From Oscillibacter sp. (lineage in GTDB: Bacteria; Bacillota; Clostridia; Oscillospirales; Oscillospiraceae): a stretch of 64,000 nt of DNA. Position numbers and translations under genes: made by a program. Location of the stretch: positions 4,425 through 68,424 of the forward strand of contig JAAWGR010000006.1 of NCBI GenBank assembly GCA_022795445.1, written 5' to 3'. The notes beneath the pieces were generated by a model. That model made no database searches. It had not been told where the DNA came from and worked only from the letters and a program-made list of their open reading frames with translations. Numbering within the stretch: the stretch's first letter is position 1; every line of letters begins with the position of its first letter. This document shows, one piece after another, positions 46,205 through 55,021 of the stretch.

Positions 46205-46833
46205 GCAACGAAGTAAAAAGCAAGGAAAAGGTTCAAATGGACCCTCAATACATCATCAAGCTGACGGTAACCCTGCTGATTACCTGTGTTGTGGTTGCCG
46301 CAGCGCTGGGCGGCGTCAATGCTATTACGGCTGAAAAGATCGCCGCAATCAACTGGGAAAATACGGTCACTGCTATGAAGGCTGTTGTGGCTGACCCAGA
46401 CGGCACAACGTTCTCTGACGCGTTGGAGCTGACCGACACCATGACCGCTGCCGCGTCGTCTGCCGGCGGCACCCTGGATTCTGTGTATGAGGCTCAGGCT
46501 AACGGTCAGTCTGCCGGTTACGCCATCAAGGTCGTCACCAGCGGTTCTCAGGGCAAGATTGAAATGATGGTGGGCGTGGACGCCGAGGGCACCGTCACTG
46601 GCGTTTCTATCGTCAAGAATTCCGAGACCTCCGGCATCGGTTCCAAGGTTATGACCAATTTGCCTACCGCTAACGGCGTGGGTGTGCTGAGCCAGTTTGA
46701 GGGCAAGAGCGCCGCCGACGGCACCCTGATCGTGGGCAGCAACGTGGACGCCATCTCCGGCGCTACGGTGTCCACCCGCGGTGTGACCAATGGCGTGAAT
46801 GCGGCCCTAGCCGTGTTTGATGTCATGGGCTGA
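46201..46833 (+). CDS. rnfG: Rnf complex subunit G
   Basis: N-terminal TM helix plus an FMN_bind domain (GSQG...VDAISGATVSTRGV). Confidence 0.9.
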   Translation: MSNEVKSKEKVQMDPQYIIKLTVTLLITCVVVAAALGGVNAITAEKIAAINWENTVTAMKAVVADPDGTTFSDALELTDTMTAAASSAGGTLDSVYEAQANGQSAGYAIKVVTSGSQGKIEMMVGVDAEGTVTGVSIVKNSETSGIGSKVMTNLPTANGVGVLSQFEGKSAADGTLIVGSNVDAISGATVSTRGVTNGVNAALAVFDVMG

Positions 46834-46851
46834 GAAAGGGGGAGCTAAAAC

Positions 46852-47451
46852 ATGAATTTTGGTAAACAACTGAAAGAGGGTCTGCTGACACAGAACCCAG
46901 TTCTTGTGCAGGTCTTAGGTATGTGTTCCACCATGGCGATTACGACGTCCATGGCCAATGGCATCGGTATGGGCATCTCCGTGCTGATCATCCTGACGGC
47001 CTCTAACGTGGTTATTTCCGCCATCCGCAAGGTCGTTCCTGACAAAATCCGTATCGCAATGTTTATCGTAGTTATCGCAGGCTTTGTTACCTGCGTTGAC
47101 CTGCTGCTGCAGGCCTTTGTTCCAGCAATCGCGGCCTCCCTGGGCGTGTTCATCCCGTTGATCGTCGTGAACTGCATTATCTTAGGCCGTGCAGAGTCCT
47201 TCTCTTATAAGAACGGCGTTGTTGCGTCCTTTGTGGACGGCATCTGCCAGGGTCTGGGCTATACCGTTGTGCTGTTGGTGATGTGCTTCATCCGCGAACT
47301 GCTGGGTGCTGGTACTCTGGCGGGCTTCCGCATCATCCCGGAGCAGTTCCCTATCGGCGTGTTGACACTTCCGGTGGGTGGCTTCCTGGTGCTGGGTTTT
47401 CTGATTGCCGCCATGCAGTGGGCGCTTTCCAAGTCGAAGGAGGGCAAGTAA
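46852..47451 (+). CDS. rnfE: Rnf complex subunit E
   Basis: NqrD/RnfE-type six-TM protein (NPVLVQVLGMCSTMA...LIVVNCIILGRAE). Confidence 0.9.
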   Translation: MNFGKQLKEGLLTQNPVLVQVLGMCSTMAITTSMANGIGMGISVLIILTASNVVISAIRKVVPDKIRIAMFIVVIAGFVTCVDLLLQAFVPAIAASLGVFIPLIVVNCIILGRAESFSYKNGVVASFVDGICQGLGYTVVLLVMCFIRELLGAGTLAGFRIIPEQFPIGVLTLPVGGFLVLGFLIAAMQWALSKSKEGK

Positions 47452-48042
47452 ATGGATCAGATTTATCAACTCCTGGCAATTACGCTGGGCGCCATTCTGG
47501 CGAATAACTTTATTTTCTCCCAGTTTCTGGGCATCTGTCCCTTCTTGGGCGTTTCCAAGAAAGTGGACACTGCCGTTGGTATGGGCATTGCCGTGACTTT
47601 TGTCATGGGTTTGGCCTCCGCGATCACTTGGCTTGTCAATAAGTTCGTACTGGTGCAGTTCGGCCTGGAATATATGCAAACCGTAGCTTTCATCCTGGTT
47701 ATTGCATCCCTGGTGCAGTTCATTGAGATGTTCCTGCAAAAGTCTATGCCCTCCCTGTATACGGCCCTGGGCGTGTATCTGCCCTTGATTACCACCAACT
47801 GCGCAGTGCTGGGCGTTGCGCTGTTGAACATCCAAGAGAACTACAATTTTATTGAGTCTGTGGTCTACGGCATCACTGGCGGTATCGGCTTCCTGCTGGC
47901 AATCGTGCTGTTTGCCAGCATTCGGGAGCGTTTGGTGTTTGCCGATTATCCCAAGAGCTTTGAAGGCTTCCCCATCGCCCTGGTCACAGCTGGCCTGATG
48001 GCGCTGGCGTTCATGGGCTTCTCCGGCCTGAGCATTTGGTAA
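47452..48042 (+). CDS. rnfA: Rnf complex subunit A
   Basis: NqrE/RnfA-type protein ([18 protein letters not shown]...[13 protein letters not shown]). Confidence 0.9.
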   Translation: MDQIYQLLAITLGAILANNFIFSQFLGICPFLGVSKKVDTAVGMGIAVTFVMGLASAITWLVNKFVLVQFGLEYMQTVAFILVIASLVQFIEMFLQKSMPSLYTALGVYLPLITTNCAVLGVALLNIQENYNFIESVVYGITGGIGFLLAIVLFASIRERLVFADYPKSFEGFPIALVTAGLMALAFMGFSGLSIW

Positions 48043-48054
48043 GGGGGAAAGGAA

Positions 48055-48945
48055 ATGAATATTGTTGCTGCTGTTATTACGCTGGGCGTGCTGGGCGCTT
48101 TGTTCGGCTTTGTCCTGGCGATTGCCTCGAAAGTGTTCGAGGTGAAGAAAGACCCCCGTGAGGAAGCCATCCTGAGCCACTTGGCGGGCGCAAACTGCGG
48201 CGGCTGTGGCTTCCCTGGTTGCGGCGGCTGTGCTGCTGCGATCCTGGCAGGTACTGCCCCGGTTACTGCCTGCGCTCCTGCTGGCGCGGAGAACGCTGCT
48301 GCCATCGCTCAGATCATGGGCATGGAGGCTCCTACCGGCGAGCGCGAGGTTGCTTTTGTCCGCTGTACCGGCGGTGTCAATGCGAAGAAGCGTTTTGACT
48401 ATGTTGGCGTAAAGGACTGCATCTCTGCGACAAAAGTTGCCGGCGGCCCACTGGAGTGCGGCTTCGGCTGCCTGGGCTTCGGTTCCTGCGTGAACGCCTG
48501 TCAGTTCGGTGCGATGTCCATCGGTCCCAACGGCACCGCCGTAGTAGACCCCGAGAAGTGTACCGACTGTATGGCTTGCGCCGCTGCCTGTCCGCGGCAT
48601 TTGATCGTGTCAGTCCCGGTTTCTAAAAAGGTCCATGTCGGTTGCGCCAACCAAGATAAGGGCAAGGCCGCGATGAGCGTCTGCTCCAGCTCTTGCATCG
48701 GCTGCGGCCTGTGCCAGAAGGAATGTAAAAAGGATGCCATCCACGTCGTCAATGGCGTAGCGGTCATCGACTATGCAAAGTGCGTGGGCTGCAAGCTCTG
48801 CACGAAGGTTTGCCCGCGTGATGCCATCCTTCCCGTCGCGACTGCGGAGGAGAAGGAGAAATATAAGGAAATTAAGAAGAAGCAAGCTGAAAAGGCTAAG
48901 GCCGCTGCCGCCGCGAAAGCGGAAGCAGAAGCCGCTGCAAAATAA
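48055..48945 (+). CDS. rnfB: Rnf complex subunit B
   Basis: N-terminal TM helix, CGGCGFPGCGGC, then several ferredoxin CxxCxxCxxxCP motifs and a Lys/Ala/Glu-rich tail. Confidence 0.9.
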   Translation: MNIVAAVITLGVLGALFGFVLAIASKVFEVKKDPREEAILSHLAGANCGGCGFPGCGGCAAAILAGTAPVTACAPAGAENAAAIAQIMGMEAPTGEREVAFVRCTGGVNAKKRFDYVGVKDCISATKVAGGPLECGFGCLGFGSCVNACQFGAMSIGPNGTAVVDPEKCTDCMACAAACPRHLIVSVPVSKKVHVGCANQDKGKAAMSVCSSSCIGCGLCQKECKKDAIHVVNGVAVIDYAKCVGCKLCTKVCPRDAILPVATAEEKEKYKEIKKKQAEKAKAAAAAKAEAEAAAK

Positions 48946-48962
48946 AAGTTTCCTTCAAAAGC

Positions 48963-48996
48963 AAACCGCCCCGAATCGTTTGATTCGGGGCGGTTT
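48963..48996. terminator. Bidirectional terminator between rnfB and folT
   Basis: 15-bp stem AAACCGCCCCGAATC-GTTT-GATTCGGGGCGGTTT followed by TTCG. Confidence 0.8.
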
Positions 48997-49023
48997 TTCG
49001 CCGTGGCGGCTACACGGCGTTTT

Positions 49024-49578
49024 TTATTTCGAGAACATATAGCGAAACTGCCGCCGCAAAATCGTGGTCAAGGGTATGGCGAGAGTCGCCATCACGACGG
49101 CGTTGATCATGCCAACAGCAAAGCGGTAAACAGCGTCGCCGAAAATCAGGGCAGGCGTATAGTAGCCATTGAGGATACTGTCAATCAGATTTACCATCGT
49201 GTTGCCGAAAGTGGTCAGCATTGCTGCACAGATACAGACAGGAAAGCAAATCATCTTCCGCTGTTCCAGCGGGCGGCCATGCCGCAAGGAGGAAGCCGCC
49301 GCAAGGCCGACGACCAATCCCCGCAGGGCAGGGGGAATAAGGTAGAGGACGGTAGTGGCTGTGATGCCGTAAGTCAAAAGCTGTTTAAAGAACTCACCAA
49401 CCATAGCAACGGCGACAGCTTCCACTGGCCCCAGCAGCAAGGCGCTGACAACCACTGGAAGGGAACCGAAAGAAATGCGGACGTTGCCCATCTGTACTGC
49501 GACAAAAATGGAAAGGGGGACGTACAGCGCCGCTAAGACGCTGACAAGGCAAAGGGTATGCGTGCGGGATTTTAGCAT
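49024..49578 (-). CDS. folT: ECF transporter S component, folate family (FolT-like)
   Basis: 184-aa six-TM protein with S-component topology. A THF riboswitch lies directly upstream. RBS AAAGGAGG. Confidence 0.75.
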   Translation of the reverse strand: MLKSRTHTLCLVSVLAALYVPLSIFVAVQMGNVRISFGSLPVVVSALLLGPVEAVAVAMVGEFFKQLLTYGITATTVLYLIPPALRGLVVGLAAASSLRHGRPLEQRKMICFPVCICAAMLTTFGNTMVNLIDSILNGYYTPALIFGDAVYRFAVGMINAVVMATLAIPLTTILRRQFRYMFSK

Positions 49579-49649
49579 GAAAAAGACCTCCTTTTAAGTA
49601 TGGCAGTCCAATCGGAGCGCCGCACAAAGGAAGCCGCTTCCTATATGCG

Positions 49650-49753
49650 GCAGCGGGATGCGGAACATACACTGCGGGATTTTGAAAATCCCTTCGTCCG
49701 GAAAGCAACTCCCCGTCTTTCCAGCACTTGGTACACGTATGTCCCTACTCTGC
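49650..49753 (-). promoter_or_regulatory. THF (tetrahydrofolate) riboswitch, folT motif
   Basis: The minus-strand RNA is GCAGAGUAGGGACAUACGUGU...CUGGAAAG-ACGGGGAGUUG-CUUUCCGG-ACGAAG-GGAUUUUCAAAAUCCC-GCAGUGUAUGUUCC-GCAUCCCGCUGC. P1 is GCAG/CUGC, P2 is GGGACAUAC/GUAUGUUCC, and P3 is CUGGAAAG/CUUUCCGG. The conserved AGAGUAG, ACGAAG and GCAUCC(C)GCU elements match the known THF-I aptamer (E. siraeum class) recalled from memory. Confidence 0.8.
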
Positions 49754-49799
49754 CTGTACGCCGTCCAACTGTTTCGCAGCTGGAGCGTATTTCCTATAC

Positions 49800-49828
49800 A
49801 TCATATACGGTTTTATGGGAAAAGGCAA
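49800..49828 (-). promoter_or_regulatory. Candidate SigA-type promoter for the THF riboswitch-folT transcript
   Basis: On the minus strand: TTGCCT, a 17-nt spacer, then TATGAT, about 45 nt upstream of the aptamer P1. Confidence 0.4.
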
Positions 49829-49909
49829 TGGAAAAATGTACAAATTGAAAGGGAGAGGAAAAAATTTTTTCGGTTACTAAGAGGAGAGGGAAACTTCCGA
49901 AAGCCGTTC

Positions 49910-49938
49910 TTGAAAGCAAAGCAGTCGAATGGTACAAT
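49910..49938 (+). promoter_or_regulatory. Candidate SigA-type promoter for the Hsp70/J-protein operon
   Basis: TTGAAA, a 17-nt spacer, then TACAAT, 85 nt upstream of ATG 50024. An A6T6 palindrome (GAAAAAATTTTTTC) lies at 49858-49871. I could find no CIRCE (TTAGCACTC-N9-GAGTGCTAA) element. Confidence 0.45.
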
Positions 49939-50023
49939 AAAAATAAGCTGTACAAGGAAGCAAGACGAGGCATGAAAATTGGCAAAAGAACAATGCATGC
50001 AGATCAAATAAGGAGCAATTAAC

Positions 50024-51781
50024 ATGGCAATCATAGGAATTGATTTGGGAACTACAAACTCTTTAGCCTGTATCTACCAAGATGGCAAGGTGGAGCGGAT
50101 TCCTAACGAGCTGGGGGAGTACAAGACCAGCAGCGCAGTGAGTGTGCTGGAAGATGGTACGGTTCTAGTAGGCGCAGCAGCAAAGGAACGGTTAGTCTCC
50201 CACCCGGAGACCACAGCTGCCTCCTTCAAAATCTGGATGGGGACGGAAAAGTTTCTAACCCTAGGCAAACGGCAATTTAAACCAGAGGAGTTGTCCGCTC
50301 TAGTGCTCCGCCAGCTTTTGGAGGATGCTCACCGCTATCTTGGTGAACCGGTTACAGAAGCTGTTATCAGTGTTCCCGCTTATTTCAACGATGATCAGCG
50401 TTGTGCTACCAAACTGGCGGCACAGTTGGCAGGGCTGACGGTGAAGCGGCTGATCAATGAACCCTCCGCTGCTGCGCTCTATCATCGCTATAGGACCCAA
50501 AGCGGTGACGGACAGCGGATGATTGTGGACTTTGGCGGCGGTACGTTCGATGTGAGTATTGTGGACTGCTTTGAGAACATAATTGAGATTATTTCCATCG
50601 CAGGGGACAACCGTCTGGGCGGCGATGACATTGACCGGGCCATAGTTTCCTATTTCTGTAAAGAGAACCGCCTTGTGGAAAACCAGTTGGAGCCCTCCAT
50701 GCGGGCCTCCCTTTATCGGCAGGCGGAAACGGCGAAGATTGCCTTATCCAGCGCCCCGGCGGCATCCATTTCTCTCCAGCAGGGAGAGACACAGTACAGC
50801 CTTGTCCTTTCCAATGACCTTTTACGGGAGCTCTGCCAGCCGGTATTTCAAAAAGTCCGTACCGTGATTGGCCGGGCCATAAAAGACCGGGAGCGGGTGG
50901 GGCGGATCAGCGATGTGATCCTTGTAGGAGGTTCCTCTCAGCTGACGGTATTTGGAGACTTTCTGGAGGAACTGTTTGGCCGCCGTCCACATTTAGCCGC
51001 AGAACCGGATGAGATTGTCGCCTTAGGCGTAGGCCTATGCGCGGGCATCAAAGAGCGAGCGGAGGATTTGCAGGACTTAGTGATGACAGATGTCTGTCCC
51101 TTTTCTTTAGGTGTTGCCACCTACAACCACACTGGGGATCGAACGCCCCACATGGCTATCCTGATTCCCCGCAGCAGTATGCTGCCTGCCAGTCACCAGG
51201 AGCGGTTTTATACGCTCCATGATAACCAGCATGGCCTGCGGTTTGAAATCTATCAGGGTGAAGGCTACTTTGCTTCAGAGAATTTAAAGCTGGGAGAGGT
51301 AGAGGTTCGGGTTCCTCCGGGACCGGCAGGAGAGCAGTCCGCCGTAGTGACCTTTACCTACGACATTGACGGAATCCTTCATGTCAGCGCCAAAAGCAGC
51401 GGTGGTGACTATCGTGACCAATTGATTCTCAACCCCAACCTTCACCTGACGGAAGAGGGGCGGTCCAAGGCTATGGAGCGTATTCAGCAAATTCAGCTGG
51501 CGGCCCAAGGTTCCCAACGTGACCAGCTTCTTTTGGAACGGGGACTGCGGCTCTATACGCAGCTTTTGGGCAGCAAACGAGACATGGTAGCACGGATAAT
51601 CGGCTTTTGGAAAAATCTGATGGAGCAGGGGGACTTGATTGGCCGGGAGAAATATTATACACAAATTCGAGACCAGTTGGACTGGCTGGAAACCCAGGCG
51701 GAGGCAGATCCATTGGATGAGGATTTCTGGTTGGATGAGGAAGATCAGGACTTTGGCGGGTACGAAGAAATGGAGGATTAA
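50024..51781 (+). CDS. Non-canonical Hsp70 chaperone, HscC-like
   Basis: 585 aa. NBD motifs IGIDLGTTNS, SVPAYFNDDQR, LINEPSAAAL, DFGGGTFDVS and VILVGGSSQ are intact. The linker/SBD entry is LVMTDVCPFSLGV. A short helical C-terminal region ends in the acidic tail DEDFWLDEEDQDFGGYEEMED. It resembles E. coli HscC (GEYxT(S/P)S, AGDNxLGG(D/E)D) more than DnaK. RBS AAGGAG. Confidence 0.9.
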   Translation: MAIIGIDLGTTNSLACIYQDGKVERIPNELGEYKTSSAVSVLEDGTVLVGAAAKERLVSHPETTAASFKIWMGTEKFLTLGKRQFKPEELSALVLRQLLEDAHRYLGEPVTEAVISVPAYFNDDQRCATKLAAQLAGLTVKRLINEPSAAALYHRYRTQSGDGQRMIVDFGGGTFDVSIVDCFENIIEIISIAGDNRLGGDDIDRAIVSYFCKENRLVENQLEPSMRASLYRQAETAKIALSSAPAASISLQQGETQYSLVLSNDLLRELCQPVFQKVRTVIGRAIKDRERVGRISDVILVGGSSQLTVFGDFLEELFGRRPHLAAEPDEIVALGVGLCAGIKERAEDLQDLVMTDVCPFSLGVATYNHTGDRTPHMAILIPRSSMLPASHQERFYTLHDNQHGLRFEIYQGEGYFASENLKLGEVEVRVPPGPAGEQSAVVTFTYDIDGILHVSAKSSGGDYRDQLILNPNLHLTEEGRSKAMERIQQIQLAAQGSQRDQLLLERGLRLYTQLLGSKRDMVARIIGFWKNLMEQGDLIGREKYYTQIRDQLDWLETQAEADPLDEDFWLDEEDQDFGGYEEMED

Positions 51782-51784
51782 CCT

Positions 51785-54700
51785 ATGGATCGCATTTGGG
51801 AACTGTTAGGACTGGAACCAACCCAAGATGTATCTGCCATCAAGCGGGCCTATGCGCAGAAGGCCCGCATATGCCATCCAGAAGAAAATCCGGAGGGCTT
51901 TTTGCAGCTGCGGAAAGCGTATCAGGCTGCACTGGACTATGCGGAGGGCCAGGACATGTCCATGTCAACAACGGCAGAACAGCAGACGGATCACCGTGAT
52001 GAACCGCGATTTAAAGAATCCGAAGAGGATACCGCCTGGGTTTTTCAGGAAGTAATTACGGAGGACACTCCGAACCCTTATGAAAACAGCGAGGCTATCC
52101 AGCAATTTGTAGACCTCTACACTGGGAAGCAACGGAAGAATCCCAAACTGTGGATGGACTATTTTACCTCCGACGCCTTTTTAGACGCAGGCTGGGACAG
52201 CCAGTTTACTGCTCTGCTTTTGGAGAAAATCACAGAGGTGGAAAGCACTTGCGCGCTCAACCGGGAATTTATGCTCTGGTTAAGCATAGCCTATCAGTTT
52301 TCCCTGGAAGAAAAGCTGGAAATCAACCGGGAAGAGTTCCGGGTAGAGAAACGGGAACGGCACTTGAATTTTGCCCCGGGAGCGGAGTTTGATGGTATGC
52401 AGTTCATCTCCCGCATCGCTGCAAAGGGACCAATCCCCAAGAAACCCAAGGGCAACGAGTTTGCGATTCTTCAAAGTTTTCAGGACTATCGCCACCTCAT
52501 ACATTTGGCAGAGGCCGGACGTTGGGATCAGGGGGCGCTGGACGCCTATCGGAACGTTCTGAACCGTTACACCCAATCCTATATCCGGGAGCGGTGCGAG
52601 CAGCGGGTGACGCCGGACTGCGAGCGCCACCCCGCAGGGCTTCGGGTGTTCCTTCACTTTTTCCAACGGGACGACCTGCCAGAGGCTGTGTATCGGGATG
52701 CTTGGCGGCGGCTGGATTTAAAGAGCGCTATCATGGGCCGGGCGAAAGCGCTCTACGGCCCTCTGCGGGAACGTGTGCTGGCTCAGGTTCCTGGCATTTT
52801 GGGCGAGGCCCCAGAAAATTTCCTTCAGCTGAACCGGAACTTGGATGCATATCTGGCCCAAATCAAAGCGAATCCGGCAGAAGAGGAAACAGCCTCTGCC
52901 GCTTTTTTCGCAAGCGCAGAGATGCAAAAGGCGCTGCCAAGTCCCCGCTTTGTAGAGAACCAGCTGCTGTGTTACAGTAAATGGCGTCGGGTAGGCATGG
53001 GGGAAGGTTTGGTGCGCCGAATGTTGGAATTCTACCAAGAACATCCCAACATACGCAGAGCGGCAGAGGCCATTGAAGGACTGGAGGGCGATTTACGGAG
53101 CCTGACCGCCAAACGGCTGAGCAAGGAGGATGCCGAGGCGGAGGGATTTGCCTATTATGAGCATTTGACTCTAAAATACCGTCCATTTTTTCGCCATTGG
53201 CTGAACACCGGCTTTTACACTGCCCGAGACCCTGAGACCGGAACAGCCTTACAGGAGTATTTGGAGAAATGTTTCCCCTATCAAAAAAAGTGGAGCCGCC
53301 GGTTCGGTTCAAACAGGAGGACCGCAGCAGCGGCTATGGGAAGCGTAGAGGTGGATTTCTATCCACTGCACATGGAGTTTCGAGTGAATAGGAAGCCTGT
53401 GTACCGCCCTTGCCTCACTTGGGAAGAAACGACGGCGTGGGGTGGTGATTGGTTTTTCTATATGCTGCCCATTACCGCCGCGCCTTACGGCTATTTCAGA
53501 GATGTAGCACAAGAAATTTTTTCTCGTTTGGAAAAGACTGCCGCGCCAAAGGATGAACGGGCTTTGATTGCACAGTGTTTAGCGGGTTATGTTTGCTGTT
53601 TGCCGCTGGACGAGTATACTAATGAGCCTGTCCCGCCGGAAAAAGTTCTGCCGCTGGAGCTTTGCGCTGAGGGCGGAGGCCGTCTCCATGTCTGCGTCTG
53701 GCGGGACGAGGAAGGGTTGGTGACTCTTTACCAACAGACTGCTTCCGGCAGAAGGGTTCAGCGGGAATATCATCTGGAACAGGGCGAATGTTCGATAGAG
53801 GCAGCCTGGAGGCTGCTGGACGAAGCGGTATCGCCTACCCGTTTCGACCTTTCCCGTCTGCGGGAGCTGCCTTGGAACATCTACTACACACCCAACGGCG
53901 GCGAAGAGGAACATCTAAAGCGGCCCGATCTTCAGGAAACGCCCAAACCCTCTGAGGAGGAGCGGCGTAAAGTATATGAGATATTGGGCAAAGAGATAGG
54001 GGACACAGAAGTATCACCGGAAATGGAGGCGGGGGGCCTGGTGGAAATTCAATCCCTGGGAGAGTCCGCGCTGCCAATCGAGCCAGTGACGGAAGAAGCG
54101 CTGTCCACTTTATTGGTGCGTTTCCACCGGGACGAGCTGGAACGGTTGGAAATGAGCTGGATACAAGGAACGCTGGTGCTTCGCCGGGATGGCAGTAAAT
54201 ATGCCTGCCTTTATTTTGAAAACCGCTTTAGTGACTATGGTGAATATTGGTATTCCCTGCTGTCAGATTCAGAGATGTACCGGACAGTAGACAGCAGCGA
54301 CATTGTATATCTCCCCTTTGGCATGGGAAAGTTGCCAGAGTATTCTATTTTCGAGAGTGCAGCGGAACTCATGGAGAATATCGGCGAGGTGCTGGCCCTA
54401 ATGGGTTGGGGTAAACTGGAAGATCGGGGCGGCAGGATGTGGTCCTGCGATGTAAGTCTTCATGACAGCAAACAAAGGCTTTTGATGGCCCAGCAAAAAA
54501 TGGGCGGCGTTTCGCCCAGGAGAGGTCGCAACCATCTTTTAGTGAAGTTTATCCCCAGCCGCTATCCCGTTCAGATCGAGGGTGAGGATATACAGGGAAA
54601 ACGGACACTGGAAACCTTGAAGGGCGGCAGCTATGGGCAAGCCGCCGCTGGACTGACGCGGTTCATGATGGAGAAGCTATCCCGTCTGCGGCTGAGCTGG

Positions 54701-55018
54701 GTGTTCCAAGCGGCGGATGGCGAAGCGTATTACCGGCATATGGTTCTTTTGCGGGATAATGGCCGCTTTATGTTGCTCTGGCTTCAGGACGACAAACAGC
54801 GGGCGGATGCCTATGCGTCGAACGATCCGGTAACCTTTCTGGGTCATGTAGTCCCAGCCTGCTTGGTTCATCAGGATTTGATGCGTATTCGGAACTGTGT
54901 GGACTTGCTTCTGGATGACATCGACTGTACTGAGCCGGTGGTAGATCGGCCTGGAGAGTTTGTTCCGCTCTCCCTGCCCTACGGAGAGATCCGGACGGCA
55001 TTGGTAAAGGAGGAATAG
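51785..55018 (+). CDS. Giant J-domain protein (N-terminal DnaJ domain with HPE variant, then about 1020 aa of unassigned sequence)
   Basis: 1077 aa. Residues 1-56 are J-domain-like (IWELLGL...SAIKRAYAQKARICHPEENPEGFLQLRKAYQAALDY). The ATG lies 3 nt after the hsp70 stop, with GGAGG inside the hsp70 3' end. No TM segments are visible, and I recognise no other motifs. Confidence 0.85.
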   Translation: MDRIWELLGLEPTQDVSAIKRAYAQKARICHPEENPEGFLQLRKAYQAALDYAEGQDMSMSTTAEQQTDHRDEPRFKESEEDTAWVFQEVITEDTPNPYENSEAIQQFVDLYTGKQRKNPKLWMDYFTSDAFLDAGWDSQFTALLLEKITEVESTCALNREFMLWLSIAYQFSLEEKLEINREEFRVEKRERHLNFAPGAEFDGMQFISRIAAKGPIPKKPKGNEFAILQSFQDYRHLIHLAEAGRWDQGALDAYRNVLNRYTQSYIRERCEQRVTPDCERHPAGLRVFLHFFQRDDLPEAVYRDAWRRLDLKSAIMGRAKALYGPLRERVLAQVPGILGEAPENFLQLNRNLDAYLAQIKANPAEEETASAAFFASAEMQKALPSPRFVENQLLCYSKWRRVGMGEGLVRRMLEFYQEHPNIRRAAEAIEGLEGDLRSLTAKRLSKEDAEAEGFAYYEHLTLKYRPFFRHWLNTGFYTARDPETGTALQEYLEKCFPYQKKWSRRFGSNRRTAAAAMGSVEVDFYPLHMEFRVNRKPVYRPCLTWEETTAWGGDWFFYMLPITAAPYGYFRDVAQEIFSRLEKTAAPKDERALIAQCLAGYVCCLPLDEYTNEPVPPEKVLPLELCAEGGGRLHVCVWRDEEGLVTLYQQTASGRRVQREYHLEQGECSIEAAWRLLDEAVSPTRFDLSRLRELPWNIYYTPNGGEEEHLKRPDLQETPKPSEEERRKVYEILGKEIGDTEVSPEMEAGGLVEIQSLGESALPIEPVTEEALSTLLVRFHRDELERLEMSWIQGTLVLRRDGSKYACLYFENRFSDYGEYWYSLLSDSEMYRTVDSSDIVYLPFGMGKLPEYSIFESAAELMENIGEVLALMGWGKLEDRGGRMWSCDVSLHDSKQRLLMAQQKMGGVSPRRGRNHLLVKFIPSRYPVQIEGEDIQGKRTLETLKGGSYGQAAAGLTRFMMEKLSRLRLSWVFQAADGEAYYRHMVLLRDNGRFMLLWLQDDKQRADAYASNDPVTFLGHVVPACLVHQDLMRIRNCVDLLLDDIDCTEPVVDRPGEFVPLSLPYGEIRTALVKEE

Positions 55019-55021
55019 GCC

